Part shown: piece by piece, positions 37,896-47,393 of the stretch
How positions within the stretch are numbered: position 1 is the stretch's first letter
Layout of the letters: every line of letters begins with the position of its first letter
DNA from: Heptranchias perlo
Taxonomy: Eukaryota
Direction: 5' to 3'
DNA: 64,000 bases
Assembly: GCF_035084215.1 (NCBI RefSeq)
Contig: NC_090369.1
Coordinates: 1,550,001 to 1,614,000 of the forward strand
Position numbers and translations under genes: made by a program
Notes under the pieces: model-generated
Database searches by the model: none
What the model was told of the DNA's origin: nothing
Seen by the model: the letters and a program-made list of their open reading frames with translations, nothing else

Positions 37896-38095
37896 NNNNN
37901 NNNNNNNNNNNNNNNNNNNNNNNNNNNNNNNNNNNNNNNNNNNNNNNNNNNNNNNNNNNNNNNNNNNNNNNNNNNNNNNNNNNNNNNNNNNNNNNNNNNN
38001 NNNNNNNNNNNNNNNNNNNNNNNNNNNNNNNNNNNNNNNNNNNNNNNNNNNNNNNNNNNNNNNNNNNNNNNNNNNNNNNNNNNNNNNNNNNNNNN
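37896..38095. other. Assembly gap (200 N)
   Basis: Run of N. Confidence 1.
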
Positions 38096-38666
38096 TGAGA
38101 CAAAGCTATTAAGGCACAAGTGTCAACATTTTGAGAGTAATTTACCCTCTCCCGTCCTCCCATTGCCCTCGTCCACAACTGGGTCTCGAAGGGACCCCAG
38201 GCTGACTTCTGAGCGCCCAAAAGAGGAAAGCAAAGATTGGAAATGGCGGAGGTACGTGGATGTAATTCGGGAGCTGGGGGGGGGGGGGGGGGGGGAGGGG
38301 TGTTTTTTCCAAAAACATTGAGCTGGAAACCGCCCGGTGTGGCACTGAGCCGTGCCCGGCCTGTGCCAAGTTAGCCACAGCAAAATAAAAAGCGCGCCAC
38401 CATTCCTGCGCCCGGTGCCCGCTGGCGAGGGGCGTTTGTGCGTGTACGCTGGACAGTTTACAAAAAAGACCGTCGACACTCGCTGCCTAGGAGGCCCACT
38501 TGGTTAAGGGACGCTTGCTGGAGGAACGGTGCCCAGGGTGAGCCGGGGGGGTTTGGAAGGGAAGGGGACACGGGGAGAACGGAGCCTCCCGCCCCGACCT
38601 TTCCCGCCAGAGACGACTTGTATTCGCACCCAAGCGTTTAAAATGGCTGACGGGCGGCCATTTTAC

Positions 38667-38684
38667 CTGATTTTCCTTTTCTTC
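38667..38684 (-). CDS. PORCN: PORCN 18-nt alternative microexon ((R)KKRKI(R))
   Basis: Minus strand reads gaacag|GAAGAAAAGGAAAATCAG|gtaaaa. Phase 2-2; resembles the mammalian NKKRKA microexon. Confidence 0.8.
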
Positions 38685-38915
38685 CTGTTCGAGGACGCAG
38701 CGTTCAGAAAAGAGAGAGAAAGGGCAAAGTTAAGAGCGACTCGCAAGTTTTTGCTCAAAGGTTAGGAGAGACGGGGGCTCGGCAAGGTGCGGAGGGAGGA
38801 GAATATCGGAGGAGAGGGGTCGGTTAAGATCGTCTAGTGATGTTGCTGGTTATCATGTAGTTTGCTTGACCGCTTCAGGGAATTGGGGGAAGACGCTTTC
38901 CCTGAGGTTTGGCCA

Positions 38916-39083
38916 CTTTTTCTGCCCTCACCCTGGAGGCCAGGTTTTTTCTGCCCTCACCCTGGAGGCCAGGTTTTTTCTGCCCTCACCCTGGAGGCCA
39001 GGTTTTTTCTGCCCTCACCCTGGAGGCCAGGTTTTTTCTGCCCTCACCCTGGAGGCCAGGTTTTTTCTGCCCTCACCCTGGAG
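38916..39083. repeat. 29-bp minisatellite (CTGCCCTCACCCTGGAGGCCAGGTTTTTT), about 6 copies
   Basis: Visible. Confidence 0.95.
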
Positions 39084-39219
39084 CAAGCAGCACAGTACCA
39101 GCAGTTGGGAGGGCAAAATGCACATGGGGGAGCAGAGATGGGCCCTCATCTCACTCCCCTGGGCACCTCAGTCATGCTGCTACCTAGGTCGGGCCAGAAC
39201 TCGAGCAGAACAACAACCA

Positions 39220-39590
39220 CCTGCATTTATATAGCGCCTTTAACGTCCCGAGGCGCTTCACGGGAGTGAAATCAGACAAAAATCAGACACCGAGCCACGT
39301 AAGGAGATATTCGGACAGGTGACCGAAAGCTTGGTCAAAGAGGGAGGTTTTAAGGAGCGTCTTAAAAGGAGGAGAGGTTTAGGGAGGGTCGGGCCGAGGC
39401 GGCTGAAGGCACGGCCGCCAATGGCGGAGCGACGGAAATCGGGGGATGCGCAAGAGGCCGGAATTGGAGGAGCGCAGAGATCTGGGAGGGTCGTAGGGGC
39501 TGGAGGAGGTTACAGAGAGAGGAGGGGGGGGGGGGGGGGCGCGAGGGCCATGGAGGGTTTGAAAAAGGAGGATGAGAATTTTAAAAATGG
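39220..39590 (-). mobile_element. L2-like LINE 3' end
   Basis: Same family as 17290-17692. Confidence 0.7.
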
Positions 39591-39805
39591 AGGCATTGCC
39601 GGACTTGATGGGTAGGGAGAGAGAGGGACACGGTGAGAAGGCGGGTTACGTGAGGCAGAGAAAGGGGCAGGTCGGTTGGCCCTCTTTGCTTGACCCTAAA
39701 AACTTTTCTGTCCTCAAACACACGAGGAGCTTTTTAAGACAAAAAATGTCATTCGGACTTTTACTCCGAGCGGAGATTGTCGACGGGCAAACACGCGCGA
39801 CTCAC

Positions 39806-39936
39806 CTTTTCAGGAGCTTGTCCCCGTACACAGGGATGAAGTAGGGGAAGAGGTAAGGGGCGACACAGGTGGAGACGACGAGGCAGACGAGGCTTTTCAC
39901 CATACTCAGGGAAACCTTGGTGAACCAGGCAAAGCT
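39806..39936 (-). CDS. PORCN: PORCN coding exon 5
   Basis: Encodes SFAWFTKVSLSMVKSLVCLVVSTCVAPYLFPYFIPVYGDKLLK; ag and gtgagt boundaries. Confidence 0.95.
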
Positions 39937-40444
39937 CTACAGAGGGGGGGAAGAGAGAGAAACGTACTTCTGAACCAGGGGTAGAAGAGATCATCACGGA
40001 TGCACAAGTTACGAGAGAGAGCTGCTAAGACTTGGGAACTCTGTTTTACTTTTTATCAGATGGAATAAAGTACTGTAATCTAACTAAATCCGCTGTTCTG
40101 TTGTTTTTTTGCTTCTGTTTAATCTTACTTCTAAATAAATACCAATTAGTCCTTAGCCTGAGCAAACCACCTGACAGTGGGTTTTATCCCCCGCTCCCCA
40201 AGATTTGTACTATTTCCAGTGCCTACCTCAGTGGTTAAAAAGGGTTCACTGTTCACCCAGATACTTTGCCCCACGATCAAGTTTTGGTTCGCAGGAATCA
40301 CGGGGTGGCACGCGAAGGCTGACTTTTGCGCCGAGAACGAGTGCGAGAAAGAATCTTGGCGTCCAACAGCCAACAGCAGAGGAGACGGGTGGGGGAGATT
40401 AACAGGAGGGAGCTGGTGGCCCCTTCTCAGCCCAACACACTCAC

Positions 40445-40626
40445 CATCTTCTTGCTCTCCACTGCCAGCAGGTAAGTATTGAAGCTAATCCATGGTCCGA
40501 AGATCACCGTTCCCACAAAGTAAATGTACCCCATAAACTCGGCCGGAGAGGGCATGGCGCCGACTGAACCCTGGTCCAGGTCAAACCCCAACGAGATGGC
40601 CTTCATGGCGACAATCATCTGCGCTC
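40445..40626 (-). CDS. PORCN: PORCN coding exon 4
   Basis: Encodes [18 protein letters not shown]...[20 protein letters not shown] (MBOAT motif). Confidence 0.96.
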
Positions 40627-40694
40627 CTGCAGCAGTTCAAGGGGAGAAGGGGAAGCAAAAAAAAACAAAAAGGGGATAAGATTGCAGATGCGTT

Positions 40695-40950
40695 AAGAAC
40701 ACGGGAAATAGGAGCAGGAGGAGGCCACTCGGCCCCTTCGAGCCTGCTCCGCCATTCAATCAGATCATGGCTGATCTTCGACCTCAACTCCACTTTCCCG
40801 CCCGATCCCCACAGACCCCAAAAAATCTATCGCTCTCAGCCTTGAATGTACTCAACGACTGAGCATCCCCAGCCCTCGGGGGTAGAGAATTTCAAAGATT
40901 CACCACCCTCTGAGTGAAGAAATTCCTCCTCATCTCAGTCTTAAACGGCC
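40695..40950 (-). mobile_element. CR1 LINE 3' end or CR1-tailed SINE
   Basis: Shares the AGGAGGCCA..GCCC..CGAGCCTG..CCGCCATTCAAT tail with other copies in the window. Confidence 0.65.
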
Positions 40951-41354
40951 GTCGTTGCAAACACAGAATTTGTCGTTGTTAAAGTCATGCCGACGTCATA
41001 GAATCTTACAGCACAGAAGGAGGCCATTCAGCCCGTCGTGCCTGTGCCAGCTCTTTGGAAAAAGCTGTCCAGTTAATCCCACTCCTCAGCTTTTTCCCCA
41101 TAACCCTGCCAATTACTCCTCTTCAAGTACACGTCCAATTGTCTTTTTGAAAGTCCCTATGGAATCTGCTCCCACTGCCCTTTCAGGCGGTGAATTCCAG
41201 GTCTGTGTGAGGGAAAAAATTTCTCCTCATTTCCCCTCTAGTTCTTCAGCCAATTATTTTAAAATCGACGACCTCTGCGTCTTGACGCGTCGCAGCAACC
41301 AATCCCCGGGTTTAAGAGTCTCCAATTTAAACTACAGGCAGAGTCTCTGTTTGC

Positions 41355-41762
41355 CCGACATGGAAGGGTTTTGATAAGAGCAGAGAGGGAGAAACCGTTT
41401 CCAGCGGCAGGAGGGTCGGTAACCAGAGGACACAGATTTAAGGTAACTGGCAGTAGATCCAGAGGGGGGGGAGATGAGGAGAATGTTATTTTACGCAGCG
41501 AGTTGTTCTGATCTGGAATGCGCTGCCTGAAAGGGCGGTGGAAGCAGATTCAATAATAACTTTCAAAAGGGAATTGAATAAATATTTATCTTAGAATCAT
41601 ACAGCACAGAAGGAGGCCATTCAGCCCATTCGTATCTGTGCTGGCTCTTTGAAAGAGCTCTCCAATTGGTCTCACTCCCCCCCCTGCTCTTTCCCCACAG
41701 CCCTGAACATTTCTCCTTTTCAAGTATTTATCCAATTCCCTTTTGAAAGTCACGACTGAATC
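41355..41762. mobile_element. Two CR1 3' fragments in opposite orientation (41355-41585 +, 41590-41762 -)
   Basis: Match 16700-16930 directly and 16890-17055 in reverse complement. Confidence 0.75.
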
Positions 41763-41927
41763 GAACATTTTGGGCCCCGTTATCCCTCCCGAGAATACGG
41801 GAACACTCCCTAAAAATCCAGCGGACCAGGCCACGCACAGGCTGGCAAGAGAAACAGCGGACCTTGCTCAGGGGCAGTTGCGTGCCACAGGCGGGTAACT
41901 AAAGATCGGGCGCCGACCCAGCCTCAC

Positions 41928-41971
41928 CTCGCATCTTGTGCCAGCTGACGGTGTCCACCATGTGCATCTCC
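41928..41971 (-). CDS. PORCN: PORCN coding exon 3 (44 nt)
   Basis: Encodes EMHMVDTVSWHKMR; boundaries ttaacag and gtgagg. Confidence 0.95.
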
Positions 41972-42419
41972 CTGTTAAAACGCAGAGCGACAACGTTAGT
42001 GAGTCTCGGGCAAGAATCACGAATCCCCGCCCCACTCCCACCCAATGCTGGCATGGCGCCCACTTGAACCGCGACCTCGCTGATTCCTGACGTTCACGCA
42101 CGCCACGCGAGAGTGGCTGCCCCCCCCCCCCCTCCGCCCCCAACATCAAGGCAATGCTCGACCAATTACGACGCCAAGGAGCCCCAGCGAAACGGAGGTC
42201 ACTAGGGTCAGTAAACGGCTCACGGCGTTGCCCAGAATCCATCGATGAATGCAAGATGGCGGCCGGAGCGGAGACACTTCAGGAGCCAACTCCACAGCGC
42301 CACCTGCTGGCCGGAACCTGCAACTACACCGTGACTGTTGACATAGCAATTTGCAATGCTGACAGGAAAACGGGACCAACAAAATCCAGATAGCAGGAAG
42401 CATGGTTTTTGTTTCAAAA

Positions 42420-42760
42420 ATGCATTCTCGGGATGTGGGCGTCGCTGGCAAGGCCGGCATTTATTGCCCGTCCCTCGTTGCCCCTTGAGAAGAGGCTGGT
42501 GGGCCTTCTTCTTGAACCCCTGTGGGGAAGCGACGTTGGGGAGGTAATTCCAGGATTGTGACCCAGCGACCACGAAGGAATGGCCGATGTGCGTCCAAGT
42601 CAGGGATGGCGCGGAGAGACTCGGGGCGGGGAACTTGGAGGTGATGTTGGAGGCGTCTGCTGCCCTTGTCCTTCGAGGTGGTGGAGGCCACGGGTTTGGA
42701 GGGTGCTGTCGAAGAAGCCTTGGGCGAGTTGCTGCAGGACATCCTGTGGATAGAACACAT
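42420..42760 (-). mobile_element. Degenerate CR1-group LINE 3' end
   Basis: Similar to 32640-32990. Confidence 0.7.
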
Positions 42761-42867
42761 CCGTGGACGTTGCAGGCGATTTCCTTTGTGCGCGTTTCCC
42801 CAGACGAGACCTGGACGAGCGAGGCGGGAACGCGGCCCGAAACAGAGATGGACGCGCGCGGACTCAC

Positions 42868-43060
42868 CCCATGAGGAGGTAGATGAGGATCGTCACCGAC
42901 AAGAAGACGCCTTTGTAGCGTGAGTGGCGGCAGAGGAAGAGAACCACATAGCACATGAGGCTCAGCAGCACCACCCACACCATCTGCAGCTGGAAGAAGT
43001 GGTAGAGGCAGTAAAAGCCACCAGTGACCGTGCTCAGGTGCTTCACCCACTGGGGCAGAC
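42868..43060 (-). CDS. PORCN: PORCN coding exon 2 (193 nt)
   Basis: Encodes [46 protein letters not shown]...ILIYLLMG. Confidence 0.96.
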
Positions 43061-43189
43061 CTGAGAGGGAGGAAGAGGGGGTGAGAGGAAGGGAGAGACA
43101 TCAACGTTACAACACGGAGGCAGGGGCTCTTTAATAACTACAACCCGTCTAAATAACAAAGTCTCGCCCGCAGGAATAGCCCGTCTGGT

Positions 43190-43498
43190 CTATCCCGGTG
43201 TTTATTCTGCACACGAGCCTCCTCCCTCCCTACTCCATCTCACCCTATCCTTCTATTCCTTTCTCCCTCATCCAGCTTCCCCTTAAATGCATCTGTGCCT
43301 CGACCACTCCCTGTGGGAGCGAGTTCCACATTCTCGCCACTCTCTGGGTAAAGAAGTTTCTCCTGAATTCCCGATTGGATTTATTACTGATTACCTTATA
43401 TTTATGGCCCCGAGTTTTGGGACTCCCCCACAAGTGGAAACATCGTCTCTACGTCGACTGTTCATAATTTTGAAGACCTCGATCAGGTCACCCCCTCA
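43190..43498 (-). mobile_element. CR1 LINE 3' fragment
   Basis: Encodes TRGHKYK...RRNFFTQRVARMWNSLP. Confidence 0.8.
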
Positions 43499-43607
43499 CC
43501 ATGGGAGGAGATGCAAAGTGTAGGGTCCGGGGTTCCACCCCACCTTTGCGCTGAGGGAGCCGATTTCAGGCGGGGAGGTTTTCGCAATTCACGCCAGCGT
43601 CCCAGGT

Positions 43608-44072
43608 GTCAGCCCTGGCTCAGTGAGGAGCACTCTCTCGCCACAGAGACAGAAAGTCGTGGGTTCGAGTCCCCACTCCAGAGGCTTGAGCCCCATAATC
43701 CAGGCCGACACTCCCGGTGCGGAGGGAGCGCCGCGCTGTCGGAGGGGCCGTCTTTCGGATGAGACGTTAAACCGAGGCCCCGTCTGCCCCTCTCAGGTGG
43801 GACGTAAAAGATCCCACGGCCACTATTGGAAGAAGAGCAGGGGGAGTTCTCTCCGGTGTCCTGGGGCCAATATTTATCCCTCAACTAACATCACTAAAAA
43901 ACAGATGATCTGTGTCATTATCACATCACTGTTTGTGGGATCTTGCTGTGCGCAAATTGGCCGCCACGTTTCCCTACGGTGACCACACTTCGAAAGTACT
44001 CCATTGGCTGTGAAGCGCTTTGGGACGTCCTGAGGTGGTGAAAGGGGCTGTGGGAATACAAAGTCTTTCTTT
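43608..44072 (+). mobile_element. tRNA-derived SINE with Deu domain (SacSINE1-like)
   Basis: Pol III A box TGGCTCAGTG and B box GGTTCGAGTCC, followed by the GCCGTCTTTCGGATGAGACGTTAAACCGAGG core. Confidence 0.8.
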
Positions 44073-44477
44073 CATTTTAAGATCGGGGGGCGGGGGTTTC
44101 GGGAGGACGAATCAGTCAAGGTTACACTTCCTCAGCAACATCCAGAGACCCCCCCCCCGCCCCCACCACCCCGACGGAGGGTGCGTCCTGCGGACTTTAA
44201 GACGAGCAAATGGGTGTGATGCCCCCTACAGTCGAATAGCCGGAAAGGCACAGGCGGGCGTTTGATGAGCGCCTCGTTTAAGCGAGGTAGAGGAGGGTCG
44301 TCGGTGACCTCAGGAGCGCTGGGGATGGGAGGGGTGGCGGGGGGTGAAACAGCATTAAGGTCCTTCTCCGTCATTACAGCAAGATTGGGGGTGGGGGCAG
44401 TTCACCAGCCCCCCCCCCCCCCCCCGTAGGGCCAAGCAAGGCTCCGATAAAGGGCCCAGCGCAGTCACGACACTCAC

Positions 44478-44613
44478 CCAGCCTCCAGAAGACTCGACAC
44501 CCGAGGCAGATGAGGAGAAGCTGCCAGACCTGCTCGAAGCCCTGCTCGGCGGTGGGGAGCACGCAGCCTCTGGACAGCTGCCGGAAGAACTCCTGTCGAC
44601 TCAGTGCTGCCAT
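44478..44613 (-). CDS. PORCN: PORCN coding exon 1 (136 coding nt; exon starts at 44637)
   Basis: Encodes [45 protein letters not shown]. Confidence 0.96.
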
Positions 44614-44739
44614 GCCGAGCCTCCAGCGTCATCGGACCTGCGGGAGAGAGGCACAGATCGGTCAGCGCTGCCGCACTCTCCCAACATCCTGCGTCCGCTT
44701 TCCATTTTACCAAACTCGCTAGATGTGGTGTGACAACCG

Positions 44740-45295
44740 GTGCTGAGGGAGCGCCGCGCCGTCGGAGGGTCGGTACTGAGGGAGCGCCGCGCCGTCGGAG
44801 GGTCGGTACTGAGGGAGCGCCGCGCCGTCGGAGGGTCGGTACTGAGGGAGCGCCGCGCCGTCGGAGGGTCGGTACTGAGGGAGCGCCGCGCCGTCGGAGG
44901 GTCGGTACTGAGGGAGCGCCGCGCCGTCGGAGGGTCGGTACTGAGGGAGCGCCGCGCCGTCGGAGGGTCGGTACTGAGGGAGCGCCGCGCCGTCGGAGGG
45001 TCGGTACTGAGGGAGCGCCGCGCCGTCGGAGGGTCGGTACTGAGGGAGTGCTGCACTGTCGGAGGGTCGGTACTGAGGGAGCGCCGCGCCGTCGGAGGGT
45101 CGGTACTGAGGGAGCGCCGCGCCGTCGGAGGGTCGGTACTGAGGGAGCGCCGCGCCGTCGGAGGGTCGGTACTGAGGGAGCGCCGCGCAGTCGGAGGGTC
45201 GGTACTGAGGGAGCGCCGCGCCGTCGGAGGGTCGGTACTGAGGGAGCGCCGCGCCGTCCGAGGGTCGGTACCGAGGGAGCGCCGCACTGTCGGAG
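44740..45295. repeat. 33-bp minisatellite (ACTGAGGGAGCGCCGCGCCGTCGGAGGGTCGGT), about 17 copies
   Basis: Visible; runs directly into a SINE body. Confidence 0.97.
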
Positions 45296-45772
45296 GTGCC
45301 GTCTTTCCGCTGAGACGTTAAACCGAGGCCCCGTCTGCCCCTCTCAGGTGGATGTAAAAGATCCCACGGCCATTACTGGAAGAAGAGCAGGGGGAGTTCT
45401 CCCCGGGGTCCTGGGGCCAATATTTATCCCTCAACCAACATCACTAAAAAACAGATGATCTGCTCATTTACCCCATTACTGTTTGTGGGATCTTGCTGTG
45501 CGCAGATTGGCTGCCACATTACAACAGTGACCACACTTCGAAAGTACCTCATTGGCCGTGGAGGGCTTTGGGACGTCCTGAGGTGGCGAAAAGCCCTGTT
45601 GAAGTGCGCTCACTGTTGTAATGTGGGGAACGCGGCAGACAATCTGCGCACAGCAAGATCCCACAAACAGCAATGTGATAAATGAGCAGATCATCTGTTT
45701 TTTAGTGATGGTTGAGGGATAAATATTGGCCCCAGGACCCCGGGGAGAACTCCCCCTGCTCTTCTTCCAATA
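45296..45772. mobile_element. Inverted pair of Deu-SINE fragments (45296-45600 +, 45610-45772 -)
   Basis: Match 43748-44045 and its reverse complement. Confidence 0.8.
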
Positions 45773-46383
45773 GGATGAGGAGTCCTGGCTGATTTCCGCC
45801 CTAGCCCGGGGGGGGGCACTGAGGCCAATTATAGCAGCCCGATGCCTCACCCACCCCTCACCCTCACCCCCACCCCACCAGTGGACTGGGGGGGATCGAG
45901 CTGCCCCCTGTCCAGCTCTGCAAACAGAACAGCATCTCTGCACTTGGTGGGGAAGCTGCTCTCATTCCCAAAGCCTCTGCACCAACCCCCATCTTTAATT
46001 AAGCAGACCTCTGATTTTCTGCAACCCTAGTTCTCCTCCGGGCCTTTGGTTAGATTGCACAGTGGGTGCTTTTGAGCAGACTGCAATCTCTGGGGAAGAG
46101 ATTGCATTTTATTTTTTTTGGGGAGGGGGGGGGAAAAAAATCTTTTCTGCAATTACTTTTTACACTCAAATGCGCCCACTGGCTTCATTTTGCCCATAAC
46201 CCCGGGATTTTTTGGCAGTATTTTCTTATTTCCAACAAGTGGGATTGTTTTAGCGAGGTTTGGCTGAAATCTATGGAGATTATTTTTTTTTTTGGCCGGC
46301 TGGGACCACCTTAACATTAACCCCGGGGACGGGCTCCTCGAGGCCTTTCCCTCGCAGGGCCGCCGATCCCAGCTCGATTTTAC

Positions 46384-46740
46384 CTCAACAAACGGCCGGC
46401 GTCGCGTCTCTTTCTTTCCCCCCCTCTCTCTCTCTCTCTCACTTCAGACTCGGCCCGATTCTCCGTCTCACCTCCGACATTATAACCGGTCGAAGGAAAA
46501 AGAAAAAAAAGACTCGAAAACAAGAAGGCAGGGAGGCTCGCTGCCGCGCATGCGCCCGCCGGAGCGTCGCGACGCAGGCGCAGTTGCTGGGTGCCCCCTG
46601 TGGTTGGGGGGGGGGGTGTTTTGACACGCATGCGCCGCTCACGGACCCGGTCTGTATTTGCTGGGCATGCGCCGCTCACGGACCCGGTCTGTATTTGCTG
46701 GGCATGCGCATCCCGCCCGCGCCCGCGCCCTTCCCCACCG
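46384..46740 (-). promoter_or_regulatory. PORCN: PORCN CpG-island promoter and probable non-coding first exon (donor after 46384), with NRF1-type motifs
   Basis: GAG|gtaaaa donor on the minus strand. GCGCATGCGC at 46546, with related motifs at 46626, 46663 and 46700. Confidence 0.65.
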
Positions 46741-46799
46741 TGGGCTCCTGCAGCGCAGGAGGAGGCCATTCGGGCCATCGGTCAAATGCAATCCAATCC

Positions 46800-47393
46800 A
46801 GGGGAAAGTGTGGGTTGATGCATTTGGGGAGGGCAAACAAGGCAAGGGAGTGCACAATAAATGGGAGGATGGCGAGAGACCTTGGAGGGCATGTCCACAG
46901 ATCCCTGAAGGTAACAGGACAGGTAGATAAGGTGGTTAAGAAGGCATACGGGATACTTCCCTTTATTAGACTCTATGACTCTATGACTTCCCTTTATTAG
47001 CCGAGGCAAAGACTATAAGAGCAGGGAGGTTATGCTAGAACTGTATAAAACATTGGTTAGGCGACAGCTTGAGTGCTGCGTACAGTTCTGTTCACCACAT
47101 TACAGGAAGGATGTGATTGCACTAGAGAGGGTACAGAGGAGATTTACGAGGACGTTGCCAGGACTGGAGAATTTTAGCTATGAGGAAAGATTGGATAGGC
47201 TGGGGTTGTTTTCTTTGGAACAGAGGAGGCTGAGGGGAGATTTAATTGAGGTGTACAAAATTATGAGGGGCCTCGATAGAGTGGATAGGAAGGACCTATT
47301 TCCCTTAGCAGAGAGGTCAATAACCAGGGGGCATAGATTTAAAGTAATTGGTAGAAGGATTAGAGGGGAGCTGAGAACATTTTTTTCACCCAG
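46800..47393 (+). mobile_element. CR1 LINE RT fragment
   Basis: Encodes LELYKTLVRRQLECCVQFCSPHYRKDVIALERVQRRFTR. Confidence 0.9.

Noticed and set aside
43608-43685. tRNA gene
   Set aside because: A and B boxes are present, but the sequence continues into a multi-copy SINE body and shows no convincing cloverleaf.
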